A stretch of 64,000 bases of DNA, taken from assembly GCF_963921235.1 (NCBI RefSeq), contig NW_026948113.1, positions 310,001 through 374,000 on the forward strand, written 5' to 3'. Source of the DNA: Mobula hypostoma (lineage: Eukaryota). Of the stretch, positions 11,116-24,090 are shown in pieces. The notes beneath the pieces were generated by a model. The model saw only the letters and a list, made by a program, of their open reading frames with translations, was not told where the DNA came from and made no database searches. Made by a program: the position numbers and the translations under genes. The first letter of the stretch is position 1; the number at the start of each line of letters is the position of its first letter.

Positions 11116-13389
11116 CTGTAAACAAACCAACAAATAAAAATCATGCATTGCAATACGGTATGGATCGGAGTGCTCTGATGTGCTTAGCTCATGTTGAACT
11201 AGAAACTCATCTAAGATAGTCGCATCTCCAAAGAAAACCTCAGATGTCACCTCAGCGCGTAGGCATTGAGACACAAAAGGCGCAGATGTTTCCTTAATTG
11301 GTCCCCCTCTGTCCTTCAATGCATACAAAATGCTGGAGAAACTCAGCCAGCCAGACAGCATGTATGGAAAAAACATGCAGTCGACATTTTGTGCCAAGAT
11401 CTTTCTGCAGGGCTCTGTCGCTTTCCTCTCTCCTCCTGACATGCTCCCCTCCATCGCTCGATCTCTTTGCTTTCCTCACCCTCTCCATCTGCCCATCACC
11501 CACACACTCCTGCGACTGAATCCCCTCCCTTTATATCATGCTCCACTTCTCTCTCCTGTCAGGTTCCAAACCTTCACCTCGTCATCACATCCACCCATTG
11601 ACTCTACGTTGTTAATGCCATTCTACTTCTGCTTTTCCCGTTTGCCTGTCACTTCCCTCCCCTCACCTGGATTCACCCATCACCTGCCAACTCTTGCTCC
11701 ACCCCTTCCCTCTGCCTTTCAATACTGATTGCTTCCCCTTCTCTTCCAGACCAGTTGAGGGATCTGAACCTGAAACTTTTACAGTCCATTCCCCTCCACA
11801 GATGCTGTCTGACCCACTGAGTTCCACCAGTGTTTTGTTTGTTGTTCTAAATTACAACATCTGCAGTCTCTTTTGTGGCCATTTGCTTGTGTTTGGCCTA
11901 TATTCCTCTAAATGGCTCAAAGGCTCCACATTCTTCCTCTAAGGGCAATTCTAGTCACTCCACTACAGGAAGAACGTAGGGCTTTGGGAAGGGTGCAGCC
12001 GATGTTCACCAGGTACTGCCTGGATTAGAGCGATGAGTTATATGGAGAGGCTGGATGGAAAATCCTACAGATGGTAATGGATATGGCCCAGCTCATTATG
12101 GGTAAAGCCTTCCCCACTGCTGAGCACATCTACATGAAACACTGACGCAGGAAACCAGCATCCATCATCGAGGACTCCCATCACCCAGGACATGATCTCT
12201 TTTTGCTGCTGCCATCAGGAAGGAGGTCAGGAGCCTCAGGACTCACACCACCAGGTTCAGGAAGAGTTTCTTCCCTTCAACCATCAGGCTCTTGAACCAA
12301 AGTAGATAACATCACTCGCTCTATCATTGAAATGTTCCCAACCAATGGACTCTCCATGTTATGTTCTCGATATAGTTTAATTAATATTATTAGCTCTATC
12401 CTTTTTTATTTGTACAGTTTGTTATCTTTTGCACATAGGTTGAATGCCTCTTCTCATCTACCTATCATCTCCCCCGGGTCCCCTCCTCCTTCCCTTTCTC
12501 CGATGGTCCACTCCCCTCTATCAGATTCCTTCCTCTCCTGCACTTTACCTTTCCAACACACATGGCTTAACCTATCACCTTCTAGCTATCCTCCTTCCCC
12601 CCTCCCCCCACCTTTACATTCTGGTGTTTTCCCCCTTCCTTCTCAGTCCTGAAGAAGGGTCTCAGCCCAAAACATCGACTGTTGATTCATTTCCATTGAT
12701 ACTTCATTGATTCTGTTATGGTTCCACAGATAAAAACAAGAATATCCAGGTGTAGAGAAATATGGATCAGTTGGAATCATAAGAGAATTAGTTTAATTCG
12801 GTATCTTGTTTTACGCAGACACTTTGGGCTGTAAGGCCTGTTCCTATGCTGTACTCTTCTGCTTTCCCCGTTCTCTATTAAACCATTCCTATCTCTGTAA
12901 CCATTCAGGTGTCTTTTTAATAGTTTATTTTACCTGCCTCAAACACTTTCTCATACAACTTATTCCATAAACACACCACCCTCTGTTACCTTGCAGATCC
13001 CTTTAAAATTGCTCACCTCTCTTTAAACCTATGCCTGCTAGTTTTTTTTTACTTTCTTCGGAAAGAAGATTGTGTGTGTTCTCCTCGTGATTTTATACAT
13101 CTCTCTAAGGTCACCCCTCAATCTCTTATACATCAAGGATTAAAGTCCTGGCCTGCCCAATGTTCCCTACAACTCAGGCCCTCGAATTCTTGCACTAGAG
13201 ACTGCAGGTGCTTGAATGTGAACAACAAAGAAGCAACTGGGAGAACTCAGAAGGTTAGGCGGTGTCTGTGGAGGGAAATGGACAGATAGTTGATGTTTTA
13301 GGTCAAAACTATCTGGACTACCTCCCTCTACAGACGTTGCCTGATTCAGTGAGTTCTTCCTGCAACACAGACAAAGTGCTGGAGAAACT

Positions 13390-13752
13390 CAGCAGGTCAG
13401 TCATAGTCATGCTTTATTGATCCCAGGGGAAATTGGTTTCTGTTACAGTTGCAGCATAAATAATTAAATAGTAATAAATCCATAAATAGGTAAAGAGTAA
13501 TATGTAAATTACGCCAGGAAATAAAGTCCAGGACTAGCCTATTGGCTCAGGGTGTCTGACCCTCCAAGGGAGGAGTTGTAAAGTTTGATGGCCACAGGCA
13601 GGAATGACTTCCTACGAAGCTCTGTGCTGCATCTCGGTGGAATGAGTCTCTGGCTGAATGTACTCCTGTGCCCACCCAGTATATTATGTAGTGGATGGGA
13701 GACATTGTCCAAGATGGCATGCAACTTGGACAGCATCCTCTTTTCAGACACC
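13390..13752 (-). mobile_element. Young Rex1/Babar LINE 3' end, same family as 3000-5006
   Basis: ORF 13539..13751 SEKRMLSKLHAILDNVSHPLHN...GSDTLSQ is nearly identical to 4407..4781; (tatgac) tail. Confidence 0.88.
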
Positions 13753-14760
13753 AGCAGGCAGTATCTATGGAAATGAATGTACAGTCGATGTTATGGGCTG
13801 AGACCCTTCTTCAGGACTGAAAAGGAAGTGGGAAAACACTAGAATAAAAAGGTAGGGGGGAGGGGAAGGAGGATAGCTAGAAGTTGATAGGTCAAGCCAG
13901 GTGCGTTAGAAAGGTAAAGTGCAGAAGAGGAAGGCATCTGATAGGAGAGGAGAGTGGACCATAGGAGAAAGGGAAGGAGGAGAGGACTTAGGGGGAGGTA
14001 ATAGGCATTTGAGAAGAGGTAAGAGGCCATGGTGGGAAATAGAAGAGTTGGTAGGGAGAGAGAAAAATATTTTTACCAGAAGAAGAAATAAATGTTTATT
14101 GCAGTCGAAATATAAGTATTGCTTCTCCTGAGGGTGGCTGCATATTGCCACAAGAGGAGGCCATGGACCAGCAGGTCAGAACAGGAATGGGTATCCGAAT
14201 TCAGGTGTTCGGCCTCTGGGAAGTCCTGCCTTCGGTGGATGGAGCAGAGGTGCTGAACGAAGCTGTCCCCCAGTTTACGGCAGGTCTCACCAATGTAGAC
14301 GACCCACCTGGAAGTGTCGCCTCACCTGGAAAGACTGTTTGGGGCCCTGAATGGAGGTGAGGGAGGAGGTGAATGGGCAGGTGTAGCACTTTGGCCACTT
14401 GCAGGGATAAGTGTCGGAAGGGAGATTAGTGGGGAGGAACTAATGGACAAGGGATCCCTGCAGAAAGTGGAGAAAGTGTGTGAGGGAGGGGGAGGGGTAA
14501 AGATGTGTGCTGGATGTGGAGGCTCACAGGTGGGTAGTAGGTAAAGGCAGGAGAAACTATCACTGTTAAGGCAGTGGGAAGATGGGGTGACAACGGATGT
14601 TCAGGAAACCGGGGGAATTGCAGGTGAGGGCAGCATCAATAGTGGAGGAAAGGAAACCCCATTCTTTGAAGGAGGACAACATCTCTGATAACCTGGAAAG
14701 CAAAGCCACATCCTGGGAACAGGATGGAGATGAACGAACTGAGAAAAGGGAATAGCACTT
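13753..14760 (-). mobile_element. Penelope-like element (PLE) fragments: pseudo-LTR and GIY-YIG region
   Basis: Minus strand TFPGEAT...VEAVPQFTAGLTN resembles the GIY-YIG region at 61390; typical aactcagcaggtcaggcagcatctatgg repeat. Related scraps at 7660-8160, 11320-11860, 12430-12700 and 15500-16260. Confidence 0.6.
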
Positions 14761-16254
14761 CGTTTGTTTATTTATTTATCTATCTATCAATCTTTCTATC
14801 TATTCATTTTATTTATTTATTTATTTATTGAGATACAGTGCAGAATACGCCTTTCGAGTCATGCCACCCAGCAATCTCCAAATTTAATCCTAGCCTAATC
14901 ACAGGACAATTTACAATGACCAAGTAACCTACAATCCGGTACATTCTTGGACTGTGGGAGGAAACCCACGCGGTCACGGGCAGAACGTGCTAACTCCTTC
15001 GGGTGGGAAGATGCACAGTCAAGATAACCGTGGTAAACTTCTTCCTGCAGCTTGTTTTCTACTTGTTTGATGGGTGACATAGACTCACACAGTGGTCCCG
15101 AAAGCTGCCTCACATCTGCTGATACCAGGGATTTCCATCCTCTGCCCAGACATCAGGAGTGAACATTTTTCCTTACTCCTACCTGGGATTATATTAGTTA
15201 CTTATATTTCTGATTTCTAGTGAGAAGGTTTTGAGACAAGTGAATACATTCCATTCATTACCATTTTTAAAGATTAAATGCAGGTAAATGAGAACAGTAG
15301 AGTTGGATATTTGATGGTCACTGTGGACAGGATGAGCAGAAGGGCTTGGATCTTTATGGTACAACTCTATTTTGATTCAGTCACTCACACATGCTCTCCT
15401 TTGTTGAAGGTCCCTGGTGTTTAAAATCTTCTGTCAAGTTACAATCTCACATCCATGCGAACCTTACACAATATAGAGATTACAATTAGACAGAGAAGGT
15501 GAAAGTAATAAAAAAATTGCCACATGCTGGTAATCTGAAATAAAAGCAGCAAATGCTGGAAACACTCTGCAGTTCAGGAAGCACTCTGTGGAGAGAGCAG
15601 CAGGCCTAATATAACAGTTCAGAGAATGCTCAGATCAGTCCCCTCACTCTTCAACTGGTGCTCCCTCACTTTCCACTTGAATAGCCAACAAGCCAACAGC
15701 ACAAATGTTGAGTTTTCCTATCTCTGGTAATCCTTTCTTCTGTATTCCCAGTGCTTCACTCTCCCTCATTCCAAACATCCTCCAGCCCCACTATTTGTGT
15801 TTCCTTTGCCACCCTTACCAACCATCTTCATTCCCTCCCAGTTTGATGCACCTATTACCCATACATTTCACCCACTGGCTCTCCCCACCCTCCCACATGG
15901 TTCTAGTTCTGGTTCCATCCACCTTTCGGCTCTCCCAGTGGTTCCCGTTCTTGCCTTCCTTATTTATCTGGTAGTCTTTAGTGTTCCTGCTGATCACCTT
16001 CTAACCTCCGTTTCCATCTTCACCTGCCTCTTGCCACTCATGGCTGCATCGGCCTCTTTTTGTGTCTGCCTCCATCTAGCATCCACTTGCCTCCGTCTTC
16101 CAACTTCACTCCTCCTCCAAAACTTGGCTCGAACTCTCCATCATCCAACCCACTCCTCCAATCACCTCTGAGCTTTGTCCTTTGTCCCACCTCTCCCCCC
16201 TATAATGCCACCACTACTCCCAATCCTGAGACAGTTTTTTGACTTAAGATGTCA

Positions 16255-16560
16255 ACAGTTCTTCCTCCTCCATCCCTCCTCTATCTCTGCTTTAAATGCA
16301 CCCAGTGATTTGGCCTCCACAGCCTCTTGTGGCAACAAATTCCACAGATTTACCACCTGCTGACTAAAGTACTTTCTCTGCATCTCTATTCGAAATGGAC
16401 GTCCTTCAATCTTGAAGTCGTGCCCTCTTGTCCAAGACTCCCCTACCATGGGAAATAACTTTGCCATATCTAATCTGTTCAGGCATTTTAACATTTGGAA
16501 TGTTTCTATGAGATCCCCTCTCATTCGCCTGAAGTCCAGGGAATATAGCCCAAAAGCTGC
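16255..16560 (-). mobile_element. CR1 LINE 3' fragment
   Basis: MRGDLIETFQML...YFSQQVVNLWNLLP. Confidence 0.78.
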
Positions 16561-18605
16561 TCGATCTGCTAAGTTCCTCCAGCAGGTTGTTTATGCTCCA
16601 GATTCCAGCATCTGCAGTCTTGAGTGTTCTGACTTCTTGAGTGTTTAGAACATGGTTACAACAACATAACAGTATTCTTAATTGTGGATTAACCATGTCC
16701 AGCACCCTCTCCATGAGAAATTAACTATATGACCTGATACTGATGTTTTATTAACCTGCTTTGCAATGTTGAATGATTCTTGGATGATTTACATAATTGT
16801 ATCTTACTCAACTCCATCACCTGGAATCATTTTCCAAACTGTATGTGTATTCCTTCATCTCATACCGATCACATCACCCAAGCAAAAACTTAACTAATTG
16901 TTTAAGAAAGACTTAATATTGTCATAACTATTACAGTCACATTAATTACACTCACCAAAAGGCACCTTCCACAAAGTTTAATTTCCAAATCATTTAAGTT
17001 TGAAATAACTATTAGTTCTGCACTCCAGCACCAACCTGTAAAATCACCCAAGTACTTACTAAATGTGCCAAATATGTACTTAATAGTCTCTCCATGGAGA
17101 GTTAGACAACATGGAAAAAAGCCCTTTGGCCCAACTGGCCCATGCTGATCAAGACCCCCACCTGAGCTACTCCCATTTGCCTGCATTTGGTCCCTTTGTA
17201 GCCACCAACATCTGCATGAAAGAGTTGCCCCGCAGGCCCCCATTAAATTCGCCTCCTCTCACCTTTAACCTGTGCCCTCTGGTTTTAGATTCCCCTACCT
17301 TGAGAAAAAGACTATTCCCATGATGATATTGTCAGCCTCTGTGTTCCAGAGGAAATAACCCAATTCATATAACTCCACCCTTTTCAGCCGAATGGCATCT
17401 TTTCTACAGCATGGTGACCAGAACTCTCTCAATATTCAATGTGCTCTCAATTCATCTGCCCAAGTCAACAGTGAATTAATTATCTTCAGAGCAACAGCTA
17501 CAATGATTTGAATTATTAGATTAGCTTTGTTTATCATGTACACATCAAAACATTTGCGTCAACTACCATCATAGCTTGAAAATATACCAGGGGCAGCCTG
17601 CAAGCATCACCATTGCCTCCAGCGCTAACAGAGCATGCTCACAACTTATTAACCCTAACCAATATGCCTTTGGGAATGTGAAAGGAAACTGAAGAGATGC
17701 AGTCACAGGGACAAGGTACAAATTTATTTCGGACAGCAGTAGGAATTGAACTCTGATATTCCAGTCACTGGTGTTGAAAAGTGATTTGCTACTGTGGGAG
17801 GAAAAAAAACAGGCTGCTTACAAGGGCACCTGCAGTGTAAACCAGTGTGATGCACATTCACCCCAGCCTGCCTGCAAGTTGGGAAATACAATCCTTTGAT
17901 CATAAAACTGGTCAGAGATCTATAAAGCCCTGTCTTAAATATACAAACAGGACTTTACAATTTTGCAGTATTGTAGTTTCAAGCTGAAACCTCCACAACT
18001 GTGATTAAGTCAGAGAGATGGAACAAGGAAATAGCTCAATCTGCTGGAAGAACTCAGTGGGTCAAGTAGTATCTGTAGAAAGAAAGGAAATGTTGAGCTT
18101 TCAGGTCAAAACCCTGCATCAGAACTCAATCTTTTCCTCTCGCAAATGCTGCTTGATCTAGTGTATTCTTCCAGCAGATTGATTGTTCTCCAGATTCCAG
18201 CATCTGCGGTATTGTCTCCACAACATGGAAACTGCCTTTTGCCCCCCAAGCCTACGCTAGCTATTTACTGATATAAACACCTATTTACTCTAATTCATTT
18301 TATTCTCCCCATATTAACTCACCTACTCACGGGACAATTATAACCTACGAGCTCACACAGTCATACAGAAAATGTGCAAACTCCACATAGGCAACACCTG
18401 AGATTAGAATCGAACTTGGGTCTCCGGTGCGGTGAGGAAGTATCTCCAGTGCTCTGCCACTATGCCAGCCATGTGCTGCAGCTTCCATTCTCGATGCAAC
18501 TGAACCTCACAAAGAAAGGCAAATATGTTACTTGGATCTGTTTGCTTGTGGAGCTGAAATTTGGGGCTTCCTTCGATGCTCCCATGACCTGTGTCCATCA
18601 CCTAC

Positions 18606-18682
18606 CCAGCAAAGCACGCTCCACCTCCATGAGAAAAGCTAATGAACAGCAGCTTGAAAATCTTCCATTCAACACCCAATGC
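18606..18682 (-). CDS. Possible internal exon of the ZNF gene (ALGVEWKIFKLLFISFSHGGGACFAG)
   Basis: ctgtctgtgttcag| acceptor, TGG|GTAGGT donor, 77 nt, phase 0 to 2. It bridges the 20497 donor to the phase-2 acceptor at 11115 without a stop. Confidence 0.3.
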
Positions 18683-19415
18683 CTGAACACAGACAGCTAA
18701 CAATTTTAGTGTCTCAGAGCTATGGAAATTGGCCCTCTAGCCCAACTCATCCATTCCAACCAAGATGCTAGTCCCATGTCCTTCTACATATTTTCTATCC
18801 ATGTGCCTATCTATTGAACATAGTAACTGTTGCTACCTCTACAGCTTCCTCTGACAGTTTGCTCCATATATCCACATCAATCTGTGTGAAAAGGTGTCCC
18901 CTCAGACCCTTTCAAAATCTTTCTCCTCACCATGACCTCTCATTTCAGATTCCCTCACGATAGGAAAACAGACCGTGGCCATTCACTTTGTCTACGTTCC
19001 TCATTATTTTATGGACCTCTGTAAGCTCACCCTCAGTCCTGTACACTCCTGGGAAAACAATCCCAGCCTTTCCTTATAACTCAAGCCCTCCACTCCCAGT
19101 AAGATCCATACCCATCTCTTCCACACCCTTTTTCAGATTCCTGACATTCTTCCTACAGCTGTCTATCTCATATGGGAGATCAGCAGTTTCAGGTCCCAGG
19201 TATGTCCACCATTTGTCTGCATGCTTGTGACCAGGAGTTAAAGACCAGTCCTAGGTTGGGGAAGGCAATAATGTCTAATTGACAACCTCTCCTAGTCAGT
19301 GGGACCATGGTGACCTGGGGATAAGTTTGCAGTTACTGATGTTTGGCGCATGTCATTCACTGTCTTCGGGCTATGATGAACACAATGTGTTAACTCTGCA
19401 ACCTTGTAAAGAGTT

Positions 19416-19418
<3 letters not shown>

Positions 19419-19454
<36 letters not shown>

Positions 19455-19456
19455 AC
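19419..19456. repeat. (CA)n microsatellite
   Basis: Direct read. Confidence 0.95.
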
Positions 19457-19619
19457 GTCAGCCCACATTCACTTCAAAACATTTCACAAGTATATCAGAA
19501 AATCATTGAAAACATTGCCACTATACCGGACGGCAAACAGCAGCAAGGAAACAGGTCCTTCAGCCCATCAATTCCATGACAACTATTAGCCGTCCATTTA
19601 CATTACTCATATTTCATTC

Positions 19620-20100
19620 TCCAACTGAAGTTTGGTGGTGTTATGGGTAGTGTAGAAGCTTGTCATAGGATACAATGGGACACTGAAAAGATACAGAGCT
19701 GGGCTGAGAAGTGGCAGATGGAGTTCAATCTGGGCAAGTGTGAAGTGATACACTTTGGAAGATGAAAGTGAAGAAAGGAGTACAAGATTAATGCCTGTAT
19801 TCTCAGCAGTGTGGAGTAACAGTGGGATCTTGGAACAACATCTATAGATCCCTCAAAGTTGTGAGGGTGGTTAAGAATGTGTATGACGTATTGTTCTTCA
19901 TTAGTCAGGGGTCACGAAGTAATGTTGCAGCTCTATAACTAAACTTTGGTTAGACCTCATTTGGAATATTGTGTTCAATTCTGGTCCCCTCGTTACAGGA
20001 AGGATGTGAAGCTTTAAAGAGGGAGCAGAGGAGATTTTCCAGGATGCTGCCTGGGTTAGAGAGCCCGCCTTAATAAGGAAAGGTTGAGCAAGCTGGATTG
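19620..20100 (+). mobile_element. CR1 LINE fragment, followed by a short PLE insertion (about 20105-20195, flanked by attgattttc)
   Basis: tgggctgagaagtggcagatggagttcaat and ttggttagacctcatttggaatattgtgttcaattctgg are CR1 ORF2 motifs. Confidence 0.72.
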
Positions 20101-20429
20101 ATTTTCCTGCGGATGCTGCCTGGCCTGCTGCGTTCCACCAGCAGTTTGCGTGCGTTGCTTGAATTTCCAGCATCTGCAGATTTCCTCGTGTTTAAAATTG
20201 ATTTTCTCTTTGGGGAGGAGGATGAGAGATGGCTTGATCGAGGTGTATTCACCACCCTAAGGTGCTCTGAAGTGTCAACAGATAACAGATCACGCCTGCT
20301 CCTTACTATTCAACAACCTCCCTCAATCTAGCAGTTTGCAAATAAAGAAAATGCATCGTTTCTATATATCACATTCATTCTCCCCGGTATATCTTACAGT
20401 TCCGACCCTTTCCTATAACAGCAACAGTA

Positions 20430-20720
20430 GCGGCCCCGTCCATATCCCCACACCGCTCCGGTCTATGCATCCAAGCATTCCCCATCTCAGCCTCACCGTC
20501 TCCGCTCCGCTCATTTCGGCTGCTCGCTCTGCAACGAAAGGAGGCCGCGGCCGCCGTAAATGGGCGGCTCTTATCTGATTGGCAGGTCAAACAGCCAATC
20601 CAGTTCTTCCTGCGCCCGAGCTGTCAATCACCCATCGGACCTCCGCGGCGCCGGCGGACTGAGCGGACTTGCTGCATTGCTGGGTGGACGTCCCGGCTGC
20701 CGGGGCCCGGAGCATTGGTG
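20430..20720. promoter_or_regulatory. CpG-island promoter, most likely of the zinc-finger gene (minus strand), possibly bidirectional
   Basis: Dense CpG (gcggccgc, ccgcggcgccggcgg), GC box GGGCGG near 20562, ATTGG 20578-82 and CCAAT 20595-99. Minus-strand donor ACG|GTGAGG at 20497/20496. Confidence 0.7.
20497..20514 (-). CDS. Possible first coding segment of the ZNF gene (MSGAET), otherwise 5' UTR exon 1
   Basis: ATG at 20514 followed by a phase-0 donor GTGAGG inside the CpG island. Coding status is inference only. Confidence 0.3.
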
Positions 20721-21595
20721 GTTTTGGGGCAGCAGTGGTGTATCTGCAGCTAAGTATTCATGGGTGCTTGGTGCTTGGTGCTCGGGACGGATCCAGTTTC
20801 CAAGCTATGACCTTTAAGAAGTGTCCTCTAAAATAAGAGTCTCCAAACAAAGACCAGAAAATTGCGCACATTTTTGAATCATTACATTCCAAATGAAGAA
20901 TGAGGGGTGATATTTTTGAAACATGTATGATGATGAGTGCATGAGAGGGTAGATATTGAGATGGTTCCCCTAGTGGGAGTCTGAAATCTGGGAACATAAT
21001 TAACGCTTCTCACAGTGGATGGTGAATTCTCCATCCCGGGGATTTATGGAGGCTGGATCACCGGAGGAAGAGGGTAACAAAGGGGAGGTTGGTTTGTCAT
21101 ACGCCTGCATACCAGGGTATAAAGGCCATGAAAATTACTCACTTTAGCAGCATACTGCAAACAGGATACAGGATATTACAAACATTACAACATTGACATG
21201 GGTAAACAGTTTCGAAAGAGAGGGAAATTTATGCCACAGACCTCTAGTGAACGCAGTCTTCACGACAGTACAGACATATAGTAAATTCAGACTTCTAATG
21301 AATACAAACCCGTAATGGACACAGTCCTCTAGTGAATACAGACATAGTGATTTGAGGATCTGGCACAGAAGCAGAGATGAGACCTGGACCAGATCAGTGC
21401 TGATCGTAGAAACACAAGAAGCTACAGATGCAAGAATCTGGGGCAACAAACAATCTGCTGGAGGAACTCTGCAGGCTGAGTGGCATCTTTACTTATCTCC
21501 CTCCAGCAGTTTTCTCCAAACTCCACTCCCCTGATTTCACTCCATCTGCCTCTTTTTTTCTGTCTACCTTTATTCATCTACCACTGCCTCCCAAT

Positions 21596-22106
21596 GACAC
21601 CCTCTCGAGCACACAGGGCTGTGCCCCCCACTCCCCCTTGAGCACCCGGGGCTGTATCCCCCCCACTCCCCCTCGAGCACACAAGGACTGTGGCCCCCCC
21701 ACTCCCCCCTCGAGCACACAGGACTGTGACCCCCCCCCACTCCCCCTCGAGCACACAGGACTGTGACCCCTCACCCCCCTCGAGCACACAGGGGCAGTGA
21801 CCCCCCCCACCCCCTCTCGAGCACACGGGAACAGTGACCCCCCCCACTCCCCCTCAAGCACACGGGGACTGTGACCCCCCCCCACTCCCCCTGGAGCACA
21901 GAGGGCTGTGTCCCCCCCCCAACTCCCCGTCGAGCACACAGGGCTGTGGCCCCCCCAACTCCCCCTCAAGCACACGGGGACTGTGACCCCCCCCACTCCC
22001 CCTGGAGCACACAGGGCTGTGACCCCCCCGCACTCCCCCTCGAGCACACAGGGCTGTGTCCCCCCCCAACTCCCCCTTGAGCACACAGGGCTGTGCCCCC
22101 CCCACT
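21596..22106. repeat. C-rich minisatellite (VNTR), about 14 units of about 35-37 bp
   Basis: Repeated ccccccactccccctcgagcacacagggctgtga with variable C-run length. Confidence 0.95.
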
Positions 22107-22559
22107 CTCTAGCGTGCAGATGAATAGAGCTTTACTCTGATATCTAAAACACAGTCCCTGCACTCAGCCCACCAAGTACCGCAGTGTTTCGACTTTACGG
22201 TAGCCGCACTATTCTAATGTCGAGATGCAAGCCATACCACAAGCCAAATGCTGATTTTACTAATCGCCTGATTAGTAAAGATCTCAGAAGCTCATGATTG
22301 CAGTCAGTAAACAGCAGTTTAAGAACTCACAGTCATAGTTGTTCAAGCCAATCAAGTTCCTGCCTATACTAAAAAACTGCTTTTCTCCTCCCGTTCCCCT
22401 ACCATCACCACTCCACTGATGCTGAAATCCTCCAGCAATGTTTTCCACTGCAGATTCCAGCTTTTGCAGCCTGCTGTCTCTACTAATCCCATTTACCAGC
22501 ACTAGGTGATTCAGGTTGTAGGAGTCTCTGTCCCTGATAACCCTGTAGATTTCAGTCTC

Positions 22560-24090
22560 TGAGGCCAATGTGAGAGCATCCTTCAGGAGGCTGAACCTAC
22601 AGAAAACAGCCAGCCTGGGTGGGGTACCTGGTCAGTAGTAAAGACTTGTGCTGATGAACTGGCTGGAGTGTTCACCAAAATTTTCAACCTCTTGCTTCGA
22701 CAATGAGGTACCCATCTGCTTCAGGCAGGCCTCAATCATACTAGTGCTGAAGAACATGGTAACCTACCTCAATGATCATTATCCAGTAGCACTTACATCC
22801 ACAATGAAGAAGTTGGTGATGAAACATCAACTCCTGCCTGAAAAGTGACCTTGATCTGCTCCAATTTGCCTAGCGGCACAACAGGTCCACAACATATGCC
22901 ATTTCATTGGCTCTTCTCTCAATGCCAGAGTATCTGGACAGCAAAGACTCATACAGCACAGATGCTCTTTATCTACTACAGCTCAGTATTCAATACTATC
23001 ATCCCAACAAAAATAATCTTTAAGCTTCAAAACCTTGACCTCAAGTCCTCCTTGTGCAATTGTTTCCTCGATTTGTTCACTTGCAGATGCCACTCAGTTC
23101 ATATTGGCAACAACATCTCCTCCATAATCTCCATGAGCACAGGTCAGCCCCCTACTCTACTTGTTTTATACAAGTGATGGCGAGGCTAAGCACAGCTCCA
23201 ATGCCATATTCAAGTTTGCTGATGACACAACTGTCACTGGCCAAATCAAAGGTGGTGACGAATCAGTATATAGGAGACAGGTTGAAAATCTGGCTGAGTG
23301 GTTCCACAATAACCACCTTTCACTCAATGCCAACAAGTCTATGGAGCTGATTATTGACTTCAGGAGGAGGAAACTGGAGGCCAATGAACCAGTCTGATTG
23401 GGGAATCAAAGATGGAGATGGTCAGCAACTTTAACTTCCTCAGTGTTATCATTTCAGAAGACTGGGCCCAGTATACAAGTGCAATTATGAAGAAAGTTTG
23501 CTTCCTTTGAAGATTGCAAAGATTCGGCATGGCATTTAATACTTTGACAAATGTCTATTGATGTGTGATGGAGAGTATATAGATTGGTTGCATCATAGCC
23601 TGTTATGGAAACATCAATGCCCTTGAACAGAAGGTCCTACAAAAAGTAGTGGATACAACCAAGTCCATCACAGGTAAAGCCCTTCCCACCATTGAGCACA
23701 CTTACACAGAGCACTGTCGTAGGAAAGCAGCGTCCATCACCTGGAACCCCCACCATCTTGATCATGCTCTCTTCTCGCTGCTGCCATCAGGAAGAAGGTA
23801 CATGAGCCTCAAGGCTCACACTACTAGGTTTAGGAACAGTTACTACCCCTCAACCATCAAGTACCTCAACCAAAGGGTACAACTTCACTTGCTCCGTCAC
23901 TGAACAGTTCCCAGAACCTATGGACTCATTTTCTAGGACTCTTCATCTCATGTTCTTGATAATTATTGTTTATTTATTATACTATATCTATTATATTTGA
24001 AAGTTAATTGCCTTTTGCATATTGGTTGATTGTCCACCCTTTTGGGTGCAGTCTTTCATCGATTCTGTTATGGTTCTTGGGTGTACTGTG
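22560..24090 (+). mobile_element. Rex1/Babar-type LINE, degenerate RT and 3' end
   Basis: [47 protein letters not shown]. Confidence 0.82.

Noticed and set aside
14895-15170. Minus ORF MSPIKQVENKLQEEVYHGYLDC as another ZNF exon
   Set aside because: No convincing acceptor/donor pair in a compatible phase, and it runs into a SINE.
8250-18480. tRNA genes
   Set aside because: The tRNA-like A/B-box sequences (about 8400 and 18430) are decayed SINE heads attached to SINE bodies and do not form a full cloverleaf.
21574-22163. Gly/Pro-rich ORFs, and the possibility of a CRISPR array
   Set aside because: Translations of a minisatellite; units are adjacent with no unique spacers, there are no cas genes and the DNA is eukaryotic.
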